Counted from the stretch's first letter, positions 27,253 to 37,288 are shown. The stretch is 48,109 bases of DNA from Acutalibacteraceae bacterium (GCA_045658725.1 JAZOVN010000283.1:1-48109); one strand, 5' to 3'. A program made the numbers and translations. The notes: generated by a model not told the origin, from the sequence alone.

Positions 27253-27759
27253 TTACTTGAATATCCTTGTTTTTTTCAATGCATAGTAAAGCGGAATGCC
27301 GCCTGCAAGGCAGACTGCAAGTTCGCCTGCACCGACTTCGAGGGCGGCAACGGCAAATGCCGTTAGGTTTGCTTCGTCTGTCGGCAGAAGAAGAGTGATT
27401 TCCGCTCCGACGATGAGTGCGTTGAAAATCACGGGCATGACTATCGAGAGAAGCGGAAGCCCCTTGATTTTTACATTTCTCAGCTTGCGTGCGAGAAGTG
27501 CCGCAAGAAGGGTTGCAAGAGAACCGAAAACGATATCCCACATTCCGAAAGGGCTTGAAAGGTTACCGATAATGCATCCGATTGTGAGACCGGGAACGGC
27601 TGCGGGTGTGAAGAGTGAAAGAACGGTCAAGGCTTCCGAAAAGCGGAACTGAATCGGTCCGTAAGCAATGCCGAGCCCTGCACTCAGATAGGTTGCCGCG
27701 GCATAAACTGCCGCAATCAACGCTCCGTGAACGAGGTTGAGGATTTTTTTGTTATTCAT
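27253..27759 (-). CDS. queT: QueT family preQ1/queuosine precursor transporter
   Basis: ALIAAVY, YGPIQFRFSEAL, GLTIGCIIGN, DIVFGSLAT; preQ1 riboswitch upstream; AAGGAG RBS before ATG 27759. Confidence 0.9.
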   Translation of the reverse strand: MNNKKILNLVHGALIAAVYAAATYLSAGLGIAYGPIQFRFSEALTVLSLFTPAAVPGLTIGCIIGNLSSPFGMWDIVFGSLATLLAALLARKLRNVKIKGLPLLSIVMPVIFNALIVGAEITLLLPTDEANLTAFAVAALEVGAGELAVCLAGGIPLYYALKKTRIFK

Positions 27760-27787
27760 TTTTACGCTCCTTTTGCTGCCATGCAGC

Positions 27788-27844
27788 ACCTTTAGTTTTG
27801 TTTGACACCGAGCAGATGTCCGTCAGGAAGGTTTCGAACTGACG
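27788..27844 (-). ncRNA. preQ1 class I riboswitch with an inserted hairpin
   Basis: P1 CGUCAG/CUGACG, loop UUCGAAACCUUC, extra hairpin GACAUC-UGCUC-GGUGUC, tail AAACAAAACUAAAGGU able to pair with loop ACCUU; upstream of queT. Confidence 0.75.
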
Positions 27845-27880
27845 CTTCAGAGCGTTGCCGCTCTGTGGCTCTATCTATAA

Positions 27881-28666
27881 TTAAAGATATTCCGCAAGTG
27901 CTTTGAGGTTTTCAACCGCAACGCTTGCTTTGATATCTGAATTTGCATATTCTTCGGGAGTGGTAACGCCGCTGTAAACAAGAGCACAGGGGATTCCGTG
28001 ATTCATGCCGATGGCAATATCGGTTGCAAGTCTGTCGCCTACAAAAGCAAGCTCCTCACGCTCACAGCCGAGCATTTCGGTAATATAATCAACGGTTGCG
28101 GTCATGGGCTTTCCGAGAACAACGGGTCTTTTTCCCGTTGAAGCGGCAAAAAGCTCAATCATCGAGCCTGTGTCGGGCATGTAGCCGTCTGCAGTCGGGC
28201 AGTTAAGGTCGGGATGGGTTGCAAGATAAATTGCTCCCTTATCAATATATTTAACTGCATCCCACATTTTCTGATATGTGAGAGTGGTATCAAATCCGAG
28301 CACAACGATGTCGGGGTCTGCATCAACAAGATTGATGCCTGCGGCTTTGAAATCACCCGTAAGTCTTTCGTTGCCGAGAAGGAAAACCTTCTTGCCTGCA
28401 TAGTTGCGGTTAAGATAGTCTGCGGCAACATGAGAAGAAATAATAACTCTGTTTTCGTCAACGGGGAAGCCCATTTTTTCAAGCTTTGCTCTGCAGATTT
28501 CAACATTATTTGACGAATTGTTGGTGAAGAAATAAAAATCTCTGCCGCTTTCCTTTACTTTTTCTATAAAATCCTTGGAACCGTCAATAATATTTCCGTC
28601 AAGATAGAAGGTTCCGTCCATATCAATGATAAAATATTTGGTTTTTGCAAATATCGGACTGCTCAT
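27881..28666 (-). CDS. HAD-IIA family hydrolase (NagD-like)
   Basis: DMDGTFY, FTNNSS, LGKP, VGDRLATDI. Confidence 0.9.
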   Translation of the reverse strand: MSSPIFAKTKYFIIDMDGTFYLDGNIIDGSKDFIEKVKESGRDFYFFTNNSSNNVEICRAKLEKMGFPVDENRVIISSHVAADYLNRNYAGKKVFLLGNERLTGDFKAAGINLVDADPDIVVLGFDTTLTYQKMWDAVKYIDKGAIYLATHPDLNCPTADGYMPDTGSMIELFAASTGKRPVVLGKPMTATVDYITEMLGCEREELAFVGDRLATDIAIGMNHGIPCALVYSGVTTPEEYANSDIKASVAVENLKALAEYL

Positions 28667-28775
28667 ATGATTAACTCCTTAACTGATATTTTAAAGTGTG
28701 ACTTTTTGGAACATTTTCGGATTGTCGGTTGAAACAGCAGTATAATTGTTTCAGTTTATTACGGAAGGTGATTTT

Positions 28776-29186
28776 GTGGGCGATTATTTATCTTCCGAGC
28801 GCAGCTTGCTCGGCGAAATTCTTCACGATTTCAGAAAAGAAAACGGATACACACAAAAAGAAATTTCTGATTATCTCGGCGTTGACCGTTCAACTTATGC
28901 AAAATACGAAGCAAACCGAAAGCCTGAGCTTGATATTATCATTCAGCTTGCCGCATTTTACGGAGTTTCGGTTGACGGTTTTCTCGGCAATTACCGTGAC
29001 AAAGCGGTCAACGGAAAATGCGTTGAGCCCTTTTTAAAAGTTTCTTCTCCCGAAAACGGTGAAGACGCAAGCAGTCTTTCGCTTGAAGAGCTGAGACTTC
29101 TTAATCTTTTCAGAAAAAGTATCCGCAAAAATGAAATTATCAGTTTTGCACGCCGCATTGCATCCGAAGACAGCGATTCCAAATAA
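28776..29186 (+). CDS. XRE-family HTH regulator
   Basis: RKENGYTQKEISDYLGVDRSTYAKYE; start moved to GTG 28776 after GGAAGGTGA, since TATAAT lies at 28741-28746. Confidence 0.8.
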   Translation: MGDYLSSERSLLGEILHDFRKENGYTQKEISDYLGVDRSTYAKYEANRKPELDIIIQLAAFYGVSVDGFLGNYRDKAVNGKCVEPFLKVSSPENGEDASSLSLEELRLLNLFRKSIRKNEIISFARRIASEDSDSK

Positions 29187-29205
29187 TAAAAACCGACAAG
29201 CTGAT

Positions 29206-29411
29206 GGCTGTTGAGAAAGGAAGCTGAATGGCGTTTTATTCGCTTGAAGGTGTATACAGATACATCGAAAAGCGAAAAAACGGCAAATAAACGAAAACAA
29301 ACGCGGCGGGATGTGGGCATCCCGCCCTACTTTTTTGATGTTTTTGTGGGGCGTCGGCTCGCTGACCTTAATATTTATTTCGTTTATGTTTCAGCGACTT
29401 TATCGACAGTC
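29206..29411. mobile_element. MITE-like element (about 206 bp), copy C
   Basis: Highly similar to 4189..4395 including both ends; abuts a terminator hairpin. Confidence 0.65.
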
Positions 29412-29441
29412 AAACCCTCTGTCAATGACAGAGGGTTTTTT
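29412..29441. terminator. Bidirectional terminator
   Basis: AAACCCTCTGTCA-A-TGACAGAGGGTTTTTT. Confidence 0.7.
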
Positions 29442-29442
29442 A

Positions 29443-30237
29443 TTATTCTTCAATTACGGGGATATCTGCGGTCTGCACGGGAGGCTCGATTTTGCCTGTT
29501 ACATTTCTGATGTTGCTGCGTGCAGCCTGGATTTCAGCAAGGCTTGTTGAAATTGCTTCATCTGCGGTTTTCATTATGTCTTCAATGAAATCGCCTGCGG
29601 CAATTCTGATTTCGGCAGACCACTTGTTTGCCTTGTCAATTGCCTCGTCTGAACGGCGTCTTGCTTCTTCAATTGTTCTTTCAGCCTGCTCTGTTGCGGC
29701 ACTTACGATGTTTTCTGCCTGTGCCTTTGCACCTGCAAGAGTTGAAGCTGCTTCTTCCTGAGCGGCAGTTGCAATTGCTTCTGCGGTTGCCTTTGACTGA
29801 ATAACGATTTCGCTGCTGTCAACCATAGCTGCAGCTTCAAGCTGAGCATTTGCACGGATGATTTTTGCATCCTCGTTTGCAGTGTTGATAATCTGCTTTG
29901 CCTGAGCCTCTGCTTCAGCAACCTTATTTTTTGAATAATCTTCTGTTTTAAGAACAAGTGCACGAACCTTATCTTCTGCGGTTGAGATAAGTGCTCTTGA
30001 TTTTTCCTGTGCACCTGTTACTGCATTGACAGCTTCATCCTTGGCTTTGATAAGGATGTTGTTTCTGTCGGCAACGATTGCTCTTGCCTGAGTGATTTCG
30101 TTGGGAAGGTTGAGTCTGATATCCTCAATCGCAGTTCTGATAGCGGCAGCATCAACGCCGATTTTGCTTGAAAGGGGAACTTTGGTGCCCGCTTCAAGTA
30201 TATCTTCAATCTGGTCAAGTAAATTTTCAATATTCAT
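29443..30237 (-). CDS. Coiled-coil protein of the coaD operon (DivIVA/ATPase-stalk-like)
   Basis: LLDQIEDILE...VPLS...IR.NLP.EI.QAR.IV N-terminus then a long Ala/Glu-rich coiled coil; coupled to coaD. Confidence 0.7.
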   Translation of the reverse strand: MNIENLLDQIEDILEAGTKVPLSSKIGVDAAAIRTAIEDIRLNLPNEITQARAIVADRNNILIKAKDEAVNAVTGAQEKSRALISTAEDKVRALVLKTEDYSKNKVAEAEAQAKQIINTANEDAKIIRANAQLEAAAMVDSSEIVIQSKATAEAIATAAQEEAASTLAGAKAQAENIVSAATEQAERTIEEARRRSDEAIDKANKWSAEIRIAAGDFIEDIMKTADEAISTSLAEIQAARSNIRNVTGKIEPPVQTADIPVIEE

Positions 30238-30734
30238 TATGAAAACCTGTTCCTTTCTTTAATTCGTCTGATTATATCTTCACATATTGCGGCAGGGACA
30301 AATTCGCTGATATCTCCGCCGAACTCACAAACCTGTTTTACTACGCTTGAAGAGAGATACATATTCTCTGCGTTTGCCGTAAGGAATACCGTTTCAAGCT
30401 CGGGATTGAGCTTTTTGTTGGTTAATGCCTGCTGGAATTCATATTCAAAGTCCGACACAGCACGCAGACCCTTGACAACGGCACATGCACCTTTTTCTTT
30501 TGCGTATTCCGCAAGAAGTCCACAATGCATTTCGATTTCAACATTATCAACATCGGCAAGGCTTCGTCGGAGCAGTTCAACTCTTTCTTCAACGCTGAAA
30601 AGTCCGCTGCTTTTACTTCGGTTTATCATAACGCAGACAATGACCTTATCAAAAAGCTTTGCCGCACGGTGAATGATGTCGATGTGACCGATGGTAACGG
30701 GGTCAAAGCTGCCGGGGCAGATTGCCGTTTTCAT
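30237..30734 (-). CDS. coaD: Pantetheine-phosphate adenylyltransferase
   Basis: PGSFDPVTIGHIDII, KGLRAVSDFEYE, YLSSSVVK. Confidence 0.97.
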   Translation of the reverse strand: MKTAICPGSFDPVTIGHIDIIHRAAKLFDKVIVCVMINRSKSSGLFSVEERVELLRRSLADVDNVEIEMHCGLLAEYAKEKGACAVVKGLRAVSDFEYEFQQALTNKKLNPELETVFLTANAENMYLSSSVVKQVCEFGGDISEFVPAAICEDIIRRIKERNRFS

Positions 30735-30738
30735 TAAA

Positions 30739-31275
30739 TCAGTCCTTCCGATAAACGGTTACGGCCGTTTTGCTGTATTTATATTCTCTGTATTTTTTCA
30801 GACCGCCGACTTCATCCTCAAGCTCTTCCCTGAAGGGATGCTCGCAGATAACAACGCCGCCTTCGGCAATGTGTCCGTCGATTTTGGAAAGTGCTTTCTG
30901 AAGAAGTCCCGTTTCATAGGGAGGGTCAAGAAAAGCAATGTCAAAAATCTTGTCGGTCATGGAGAGAAATGCGATTGAATCCGTCTGGGCAACGGTTGCA
31001 AGGGAATCAAGCTTTGTTTTTTCAAGATTCTCTTTTATGATTCTGACTGCATTTTTATCTGCATCAACGAAAACCGCATTTTTTGCACCTCTGCTGAGAG
31101 CTTCTATTCCGAGCTGGCCCGACCCTGCAAACAAGTCAAGAATTCTGCGTCCTTCAAGTTCAAACTGAATTGCACTGAAAACCGCTTCTTTAACCTTGTC
31201 GGATGTGGGTCTTGTGTTATCGCCTTCAAGAGTTCTGAGTGTCATACCTCTTGCGCTGCCTGTTATTACTCTCAT
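30739..31275 (-). CDS. rsmD: 16S rRNA (guanine966-N2)-methyltransferase
   Basis: MRVITG, TRPTSDKVKEAVF, LDLFAGSGQLGIEALSRGA, FLDPPY; GGAGG RBS. Confidence 0.95.
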   Translation of the reverse strand: MRVITGSARGMTLRTLEGDNTRPTSDKVKEAVFSAIQFELEGRRILDLFAGSGQLGIEALSRGAKNAVFVDADKNAVRIIKENLEKTKLDSLATVAQTDSIAFLSMTDKIFDIAFLDPPYETGLLQKALSKIDGHIAEGGVVICEHPFREELEDEVGGLKKYREYKYSKTAVTVYRKD

Positions 31276-31378
31276 CTGATGTCCTCCACAGAGTATTATC
31301 ACTTTATTATCGCACTAAATATGATTAAATGTCAAGATAAAATGTTAATATAAGGTAAAAAAGTTGTAAATAAGCGTA

Positions 31379-33220
31379 TTATCTGTCTGTATTTTTGCCG
31401 TGAAAAGCCTCAAAAACCGCCCTTGCGGCATTTTTATTCATACCCTTGACTGCTGCAAGATCTTCTTCAGAGGCTTCCGAAACAGCCTTCACCGTTTTGA
31501 AATGCTTCAGAAGAGCCTTGCATCTGCTTTCACCGATGCCTTCGATTGAAGTGAGAGTTGAAGAAAGGGTTGATTTCTTGCGACGGTTTCGGTGATATTC
31601 GATTGCGTAGCGGTGCACCTCTTCCTGAATAGTTGAAACAAGTGTGAATGCCGCACGCTTTGAGGTCAGCGAAAGTTCATCTCCCGAAAGAGCAATTGCT
31701 CTGGTTTTGTGGTGGGAATCCTTGACCATGCCGAAAAGGGGGATGTTGAGATTATATTTTTCAAGCACGGGCTTTACTGCATTGACCTGACCGCTTCCGC
31801 CGTCAAGCAGAATGAGGTCAGGCAGTCTGCCGAAGCCCTCGCCGCTGTCTTTTTCTTCAAAGTAGCGAAGGATTCTGCGTTCGATAACCTCAGCCATTGA
31901 AGCATAGTCATCCTGACCCGAAAAGCCCTTGATTGCAAACCGTCTGTAAGATTTTTTATAAGGCAAACCGCCCTTGAAAACTACCATACCTGCAACATTT
32001 TCGCTGCCTGCGGTGTGTGAAATATCATATGATTCGATGAATTCGGGAGGTGATTTCAGTCCGAGAAGTGTGCCGAGTTCATCAAGAGCGGCGGTGGATT
32101 TTCCTGTTTTGCCGAGATAGATGCCAAGCTTCTGTGCCGCATTTGAACGGCACATTTCCATGAGCGAATGCTGTTCTCCTCTTTGAGGAATAACGATGCT
32201 GACTTTTCTTTTTGCAAGCGACGAAAGCCATTCGCAGAGCACCCCGCTGTCGGCAACCTCGCCGTCAACGGCAATTCTTCTCGGAACAAAATCCCTTATG
32301 GAATAATAACTTCTGATAAGCTCATGTCTTGCCTCGGGCATATCTTCGGGAAGGTCAATGATGAAATGCTCGGTGTCATAGAGCCTTGCATCCCTGAAAC
32401 GGATAACGGAAAGGCATGCCTTTGCATCCGCACAGACAACAGAAAAAACATCCTGCTCCTCAACGGAGGCGGCAACTACTTTTTGTTTTTCGGTCACTTT
32501 CTTTATGGCATTGATTTTATCTCTGATTTTTGCCGCTTTTTCGAATTCAAGATTTTCAGATGCTTCAAGCATTTTTGCAGTCAGGTCATCAATCGCTTTT
32601 CCCGAGCCGTTGATGATGAAATCAATCGCACGGTCAACCGCTTCGGAATGCTCTGCTTCACTCATTTTGCCTGCACACGGTGCTGCACACTGCCCGATAA
32701 AAAAGTTCAGACACGGTCTGCTTTTTTTGAAATCTCTCGGAAAAATCTTTGAGCACTGCGGAAGCAGAAAAATCTTTTTTGCGGTATCGATTGCGTTGGT
32801 TATGCCGTAAGAATTTGTGTAAGGTCCGATATATTCCGCACCGTCATCGAGTCTTTGCTTGACGGCGGTGAAATTCTTCCATCCGTTTTTGGTGACTTTT
32901 ATATAGTGATAACCCTTGTCATCCTTGAGAAGGATATTGTATTTCGGGCTGTGCTGTTTGATCAAAGAGCATTCAAGAATGAGCGCCTCGAATTCGCTGT
33001 CGCAGAGAATGTAGTCAAAATCCTCAACATTCTCAACCATTCTGCGAACCTTTATCCACATGCCGTTCTGCGAGCCGAAATAAGAGCTTACACGGTTTTT
33101 GAGTGCCTTTGCCTTACCGACATAAATAATTTCACCCTTCTTGTTTTTCATAAGATAAACACCGGGCGTCAGCGGAAGCGACATTGATTTTTTTCTCAGA
33201 TACGGAATTCTTTCGTTCAT
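31379..33220 (-). CDS. uvrC: Excinuclease ABC subunit C
   Basis: GIY-YIG PGVYLMK...IYVGKAKALKNRVSSYF, UVR domain, YDISH, PDLILLDGG, HhH. Confidence 0.97.
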   Translation of the reverse strand: MNERIPYLRKKSMSLPLTPGVYLMKNKKGEIIYVGKAKALKNRVSSYFGSQNGMWIKVRRMVENVEDFDYILCDSEFEALILECSLIKQHSPKYNILLKDDKGYHYIKVTKNGWKNFTAVKQRLDDGAEYIGPYTNSYGITNAIDTAKKIFLLPQCSKIFPRDFKKSRPCLNFFIGQCAAPCAGKMSEAEHSEAVDRAIDFIINGSGKAIDDLTAKMLEASENLEFEKAAKIRDKINAIKKVTEKQKVVAASVEEQDVFSVVCADAKACLSVIRFRDARLYDTEHFIIDLPEDMPEARHELIRSYYSIRDFVPRRIAVDGEVADSGVLCEWLSSLAKRKVSIVIPQRGEQHSLMEMCRSNAAQKLGIYLGKTGKSTAALDELGTLLGLKSPPEFIESYDISHTAGSENVAGMVVFKGGLPYKKSYRRFAIKGFSGQDDYASMAEVIERRILRYFEEKDSGEGFGRLPDLILLDGGSGQVNAVKPVLEKYNLNIPLFGMVKDSHHKTRAIALSGDELSLTSKRAAFTLVSTIQEEVHRYAIEYHRNRRKKSTLSSTLTSIEGIGESRCKALLKHFKTVKAVSEASEEDLAAVKGMNKNAARAVFEAFHGKNTDR

Positions 33221-33299
33221 TCTTTTCACCTCGTTTTCACTGTATTCGCACATATATTATATACTTTAAAAATGTTTTACGCAATAGTGAAATTTCCTC

Positions 33300-33328
33300 T
33301 TGACAATTATTGAATCTTCTGTTAAAAT
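33300..33328 (+). promoter_or_regulatory. Sigma-A promoter of rpsF-ssb-rpsR
   Basis: TTGACA-17 bp-TAAAAT. Confidence 0.8.
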
Positions 33329-33371
33329 AATAAACCGCTGTGAAATGCACAGCAGGATTAATCAAATTTTT

Positions 33372-33415
33372 ATCCTTGTCACGGATGCACCGTGACCAAA
33401 GACCAGAAGGAGGTG
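33372..33415 (+). promoter_or_regulatory. Probable S6:S18 autoregulatory mRNA leader
   Basis: TCCTT-[GTCACGG/CCGTGAC hairpin]-...-AAGGAGG; anti-SD can pair with SD, as in known rpsF leaders. Confidence 0.55.
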
Positions 33416-33423
33416 CTTTAAGA

Positions 33424-33714
33424 ATGTCAGCAAACATCAGCTATGAGACAATGATGGTTTTTTCAGTTGCCAACGGCGAAGAAGCTGTTCAGCCTCTCAT
33501 GGAGAAATTCAAGGCTATGATTGAAGCTAACGGCACTCTTGAGAGCGTTGACGAATGGGGCAAGCGCAAGCTCGCATACCTCATCAACGACGAAGCAGAG
33601 GGTTACTATGTTCTCTTCAATTATCAGGCAACACCTGAATTTCCCGCAGAGCTTGACCGTGTTGTAAAGATTACAGACGGTGTGCTTCGTTCACTCATTG
33701 TCAAGAAGAACTAA
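33424..33714 (+). CDS. rpsF: 30S ribosomal protein S6
   Basis: YETMMV, DEWGKRKLAYLIN, EGYYVL; AAGGAGG RBS. Confidence 0.97.
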   Translation: MSANISYETMMVFSVANGEEAVQPLMEKFKAMIEANGTLESVDEWGKRKLAYLINDEAEGYYVLFNYQATPEFPAELDRVVKITDGVLRSLIVKKN

Positions 33715-33726
33715 GGAGGTCGCAAA

Positions 33727-34170
33727 ATGTTAAACAATGCCGTTGTAATGGGCAGACTTGTTGCAGACCCCGAGCTTCGCACTACAGGAAGCGGAATTTC
33801 CGTATTATCTTTCACAGTTGCTGTTGACAGAGGCTTTGTCCGTCAGGGCGAAGAGCGTCAGGCAGATTTCATTGATATCATTGCATGGAGACAGACTGCT
33901 GAATTCATCAGCAAATATTTCCGCAAGGGTTCAATGATTGCAGTTCAGGGTCACATTCAGACCAGAACCTATGAAGACAGAAACGGAAACAAGAGAAAGG
34001 CTGTTGAAATCGTTGCAGATAATGTAAGCTTCTGCGGCTCAAAGTCAGAAAGCGGCTCAAATGCTTTCGCGAGAGAAGACAGCTACGCAAATGCTCAGCC
34101 CGCACCCTCATATTCAACTGCGGACGAGGGCGATTTCAAGGAAATTCCCGAAGACGATCTCCCGTTCTGA
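33727..34170 (+). CDS. ssb: Single-stranded DNA-binding protein
   Basis: MGRLVADPELR OB fold; C-terminal DDLPF. Confidence 0.97.
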   Translation: MLNNAVVMGRLVADPELRTTGSGISVLSFTVAVDRGFVRQGEERQADFIDIIAWRQTAEFISKYFRKGSMIAVQGHIQTRTYEDRNGNKRKAVEIVADNVSFCGSKSESGSNAFAREDSYANAQPAPSYSTADEGDFKEIPEDDLPF

Positions 34171-34207
34171 GATCGCATAAACTGAAACTGAAAAGGAGGT
34201 TAATACC

Positions 34208-34453
34208 ATGGCTTACGACAGAAGCGAAAGAAGACCCAACAAGAAGGGTCGCAGAAAGGTTTGTGCTTTCTGTGTAGATAAAGTTGAATGCATCGATTAC
34301 AAGGATGTAAACAGACTCAACAAGTTCACTTCAGACAGAGCAAAGATTCTTCCCCGCCGTGTTACCGGCACTTGCGCTAAGCATCAGCGTGAGCTGACAA
34401 CCGCTATCAAGCGTGCTCGTCAGATTGCTCTTCTTCCCTACACAAGTGACTGA
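34208..34453 (+). CDS. rpsR: 30S ribosomal protein S18 (Zn-binding Cys form)
   Basis: [28 protein letters not shown]. Confidence 0.97.
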   Translation: MAYDRSERRPNKKGRRKVCAFCVDKVECIDYKDVNRLNKFTSDRAKILPRRVTGTCAKHQRELTTAIKRARQIALLPYTSD

Positions 34454-34464
34454 TAATAAAAATG

Positions 34465-34539
34465 CTCCGTACCTTCGGGTACGGAGTTTTTGTTTTTTGA
34501 AGCATAAAAAATCCGGATGCTCTTTTTGAACATCCGGAT
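34465..34539. terminator. Back-to-back terminators for rpsR (+) and jag (-)
   Basis: CTCCGTACC-TTCG-GGTACGGAG plus T-run; A-run plus TCCGGATG...CATCCGGA. Confidence 0.75.
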
Positions 34540-34544
34540 AATTT

Positions 34545-35396
34545 TTATTTATTGATTTCAATTTTGCCGTAAAGCGATGCACCTGCGGAATCTGAACGGG
34601 GTGCTCTTGAGGGAGCAGCGGGAGCATCATTATTGTAGCTTCTGCCGCCTCTGTTACCGCCGCGGTAACCGCCTCTGTTGTTGCCGCCCTTGTTATAACC
34701 GCCGCGGCCTCTGTTGTTGTAACCGCCGCCGTGTGTGGGCTTAACGCCTTCTTCAAGGGTGATAACAACTTTTCTGTCGCTGTCGCTGCCGACTGAATGA
34801 GAGGTAACGCCTTCAATCTCCTGAACGGTTGTGTGAATGATGCGGCGTTCATAGGGATTCATGGGTTCAAGAACAACATTTCTGCCGTATTTTCTTACCT
34901 TTGCTGCATTCTTGCGTGCGAGTGCGCGAAGAGTGTTTTCTCTCTTTTCTCTGTAGTTACCGACATTGATTGAAACCCTCTTATAATCTTCTGAGCCTCT
35001 GTTGATAACAAGTCTTGTGAGATACTGAATGGCATCAAGGGTTTCGCCTCTTCTGCCGATAACTGAGCCGTAATCATCGCCGCATTCGATGGAAATGCGA
35101 ACATCCTCATCGTCTGCTTCAACGGAGATTTCAGCTTCCTCAACACCGAGATTTTTAAGGATGTTGAGAACATATTCCTTTGCTTTTGCAAAGGGATCTT
35201 CTTCGAATTCATAGTAGGCTCTCATTTTTGCGGGAGAACCGCCGAAAATTCCGAGAACCTTTGCCTTGGGTCTTTCGATAACATCATATTTAACATCTGC
35301 ATCCTCGGGAGCTCCGAGAGCCTTGAGGGCAGCCTCTTTTGCTTCGTCAAGAGTTGTGCCAGTGCCGAATGCTTCTTTTATCAAAATTTTCACCAC
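34545..35396 (-). CDS. jag: RNA-binding protein Jag/EloR/KhpB
   Basis: Jag_N, KH (VIGRRGETLDAIQYL), R3H (PMNPYERRIIH). Confidence 0.95.
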   Translation of the reverse strand: MVKILIKEAFGTGTTLDEAKEAALKALGAPEDADVKYDVIERPKAKVLGIFGGSPAKMRAYYEFEEDPFAKAKEYVLNILKNLGVEEAEISVEADDEDVRISIECGDDYGSVIGRRGETLDAIQYLTRLVINRGSEDYKRVSINVGNYREKRENTLRALARKNAAKVRKYGRNVVLEPMNPYERRIIHTTVQEIEGVTSHSVGSDSDRKVVITLEEGVKPTHGGGYNNRGRGGYNKGGNNRGGYRGGNRGGRSYNNDAPAAPSRAPRSDSAGASLYGKIEINK

Positions 35397-35402
35397 CTGA
35401 AA

Positions 35403-36365
35403 TTAGTTGTGGTTTTCCTTGTTTTTTGCCATGAGCTTTGTATTGTTTTCTTTTGAACGGCGCTCAACCGTTTCGTCAACCATGAGCTTGGCAATCATCT
35501 TTTTGGGGTTGTAGAAGTGACCGATGATAACTGTTGTAAGGAAACCGAAAAGACTGGATGCAATCCAGTAAATACCGATACCTGCAGGATAATTAACAAC
35601 AAAGTAAAGCGAGAAGAGGGGCATACCGAAGGTCATGCAGCCCATCATGGGGTTGTTTGACATTGCAGGATTTGTTTTCTTCTGCTTTATCTGAGAATAA
35701 AGGCTTGTTGCCATTGATGAAAGGAAAGAAAGAACGGGAATAAGCCAGATAACATGAATCTTTTTGTGATTCATGGGAACATCGCCGAGCGAGAAGAGAC
35801 CGAAGAAATCGAAATTAACGCTCCTGATGGCTTCGTATGTTTTTTCGCTTACCCCTGCAATATTCTGGAGAGCAGGATCGTTGATATTCTGAATGATAAG
35901 GAGTTCGCTCAGATGAGTGCTGTTGGCGAACTTTGAGTTGCCGAGAGTTGCAACTGCATCTGAAAGCAGTTTTATCTCAGCGTCAGTGACTCCTGTGAGG
36001 AAATGGCTCAGAGGATAATAAATAGCACCGATAAGACCGAAAAGAAGAACAAACTGGAAAATCATGGGAGCACAGCCCGCATTCATCGGGTTATAGCCTT
36101 CTCTCTGATAAAGTGCGGTTGTTTCTTCCTGAATTTTCTGCTGGTTGCCTGCGTATTTTGCCTGAATCTTACGGATTTTAGCCTGAATACGCTGTGTTTT
36201 AGCCATGCCCTTCTGCTGACTGATAGTTGACGGAATCATAAGAAGTCTTGCAAATAAAGTCAACAATATAATTGAAATAGCATAGTTTCCGAATCCGACG
36301 GTGTCATAAATAAGTCTGAGCAGGAAACCGAACGGAACACCGAGAATTTCATAAAGACCGGTCAT
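35403..36365 (-). CDS. yidC: Membrane protein insertase YidC
   Basis: [47 protein letters not shown]; synteny. Confidence 0.93.
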   Translation of the reverse strand: MTGLYEILGVPFGFLLRLIYDTVGFGNYAISIILLTLFARLLMIPSTISQQKGMAKTQRIQAKIRKIQAKYAGNQQKIQEETTALYQREGYNPMNAGCAPMIFQFVLLFGLIGAIYYPLSHFLTGVTDAEIKLLSDAVATLGNSKFANSTHLSELLIIQNINDPALQNIAGVSEKTYEAIRSVNFDFFGLFSLGDVPMNHKKIHVIWLIPVLSFLSSMATSLYSQIKQKKTNPAMSNNPMMGCMTFGMPLFSLYFVVNYPAGIGIYWIASSLFGFLTTVIIGHFYNPKKMIAKLMVDETVERRSKENNTKLMAKNKENHN

Positions 36366-36607
36366 TTTTCGTCCTCCGAGTGTGAGTGTTTCTTGGGCGG
36401 AACGGGATCATATCCGCCGGGAAAAAGGATGTTGCATCTCATGATTCTCAAAATTGCCATGAGAGTGCCTTTGATTGCGCCGTGAATCTGAATTGCTTCA
36501 ACGGCGTACTGTGAGCAGGTGGGATGGTACCTGCAGACGGGCGGAAACAGCGGGGAGATGCATTTTTGGTAAAAACGAATCAGCGCAAGCAGAACTCTTT
36601 TCATCAA
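36362..36607 (-). CDS. yidD: Membrane protein insertion efficiency factor
   Basis: [20 protein letters not shown]...GGYDPVP. Confidence 0.95.
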   Translation of the reverse strand: MMKRVLLALIRFYQKCISPLFPPVCRYHPTCSQYAVEAIQIHGAIKGTLMAILRIMRCNILFPGGYDPVPPKKHSHSEDEK

Positions 36608-36960
36608 AGATCCGCCTCCGCTCTGTTTCTCACTATTCCGAGCTCCGTTAAATGCGAACGCATAATCGGAACAAGGTCTGTACTTTTTGCTTTTTTGGTT
36701 TTGAACCTTGCAACAAAAACTATATCCCAGTTACCGCAGCATTCGGGAGAAATTGAGGAGAATGCCGCCCTTATGATGCGGCGGCATCTGTTTCTCTCAA
36801 CTGCACTGCCGAGCTTTTTAGCGGCAGTAATGCCTGTGCGGCAGCCCATGCCTCTGTTTTTAACGGCATAGGTGACTAAAACGGGGGAGGTTCTGACCTT
36901 ACCCCTGCCGTAGGCACGGTGGAATTCTGAGTTTTGCTTCAGGGTTACTGCTCCGGACAT
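36604..36960 (-). CDS. rnpA: Ribonuclease P protein component
   Basis: [26 protein letters not shown]. Confidence 0.95.
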   Translation of the reverse strand: MSGAVTLKQNSEFHRAYGRGKVRTSPVLVTYAVKNRGMGCRTGITAAKKLGSAVERNRCRRIIRAAFSSISPECCGNWDIVFVARFKTKKAKSTDLVPIMRSHLTELGIVRNRAEADL

Positions 36961-36981
36961 TTTTGCATCAACCCTCTCGGA

Positions 36982-37116
36982 TTAATAAGTGAGCTGCTTT
37001 CTGCCCTTTGCTCTGCGGCGTGCAAGAACCTTGCGACCGTTTCTGTCAGCCATTCTCTTGCGGAAGCCGTGTTCCATCTTGCGATGACGCTTCTTGGGCT
37101 GGTAAGTTCTTTTCAT
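36982..37116 (-). CDS. rpmH: 50S ribosomal protein L34
   Basis: Not in the ORF track; manual translation [44 protein letters not shown]; GGAGG RBS. Confidence 0.97.
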   Translation of the reverse strand: MKRTYQPKKRHRKMEHGFRKRMADRNGRKVLARRRAKGRKQLTY

Positions 37117-37220
37117 TTTACTAACCTCCGTTTCACTTTATATCTTCAGACCGTATGCCTTGTTGCGGCATAATAATCTGAGCATGACAAATAAAGGGGA
37201 AAATACCCCTCGGAATACAC

Positions 37221-37250
37221 ATTATATAACAGCTTGACCGTGAATGTCAA
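37221..37250 (-). promoter_or_regulatory. Sigma-A promoter of the rpmH operon
   Basis: TTGACA-18 bp-TATAAT. Confidence 0.75.
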
Positions 37251-37288
37251 CATTTTTTTGAATTTAATTGATTTTCTTTTCTTTTTTC

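Noticed and set aside
33052-33060. Perfect DnaA box TTATCCACA
   Set aside because: Single copy inside uvrC coding sequence, over 4 kb from dnaA; no cluster, so not evidence of oriC.
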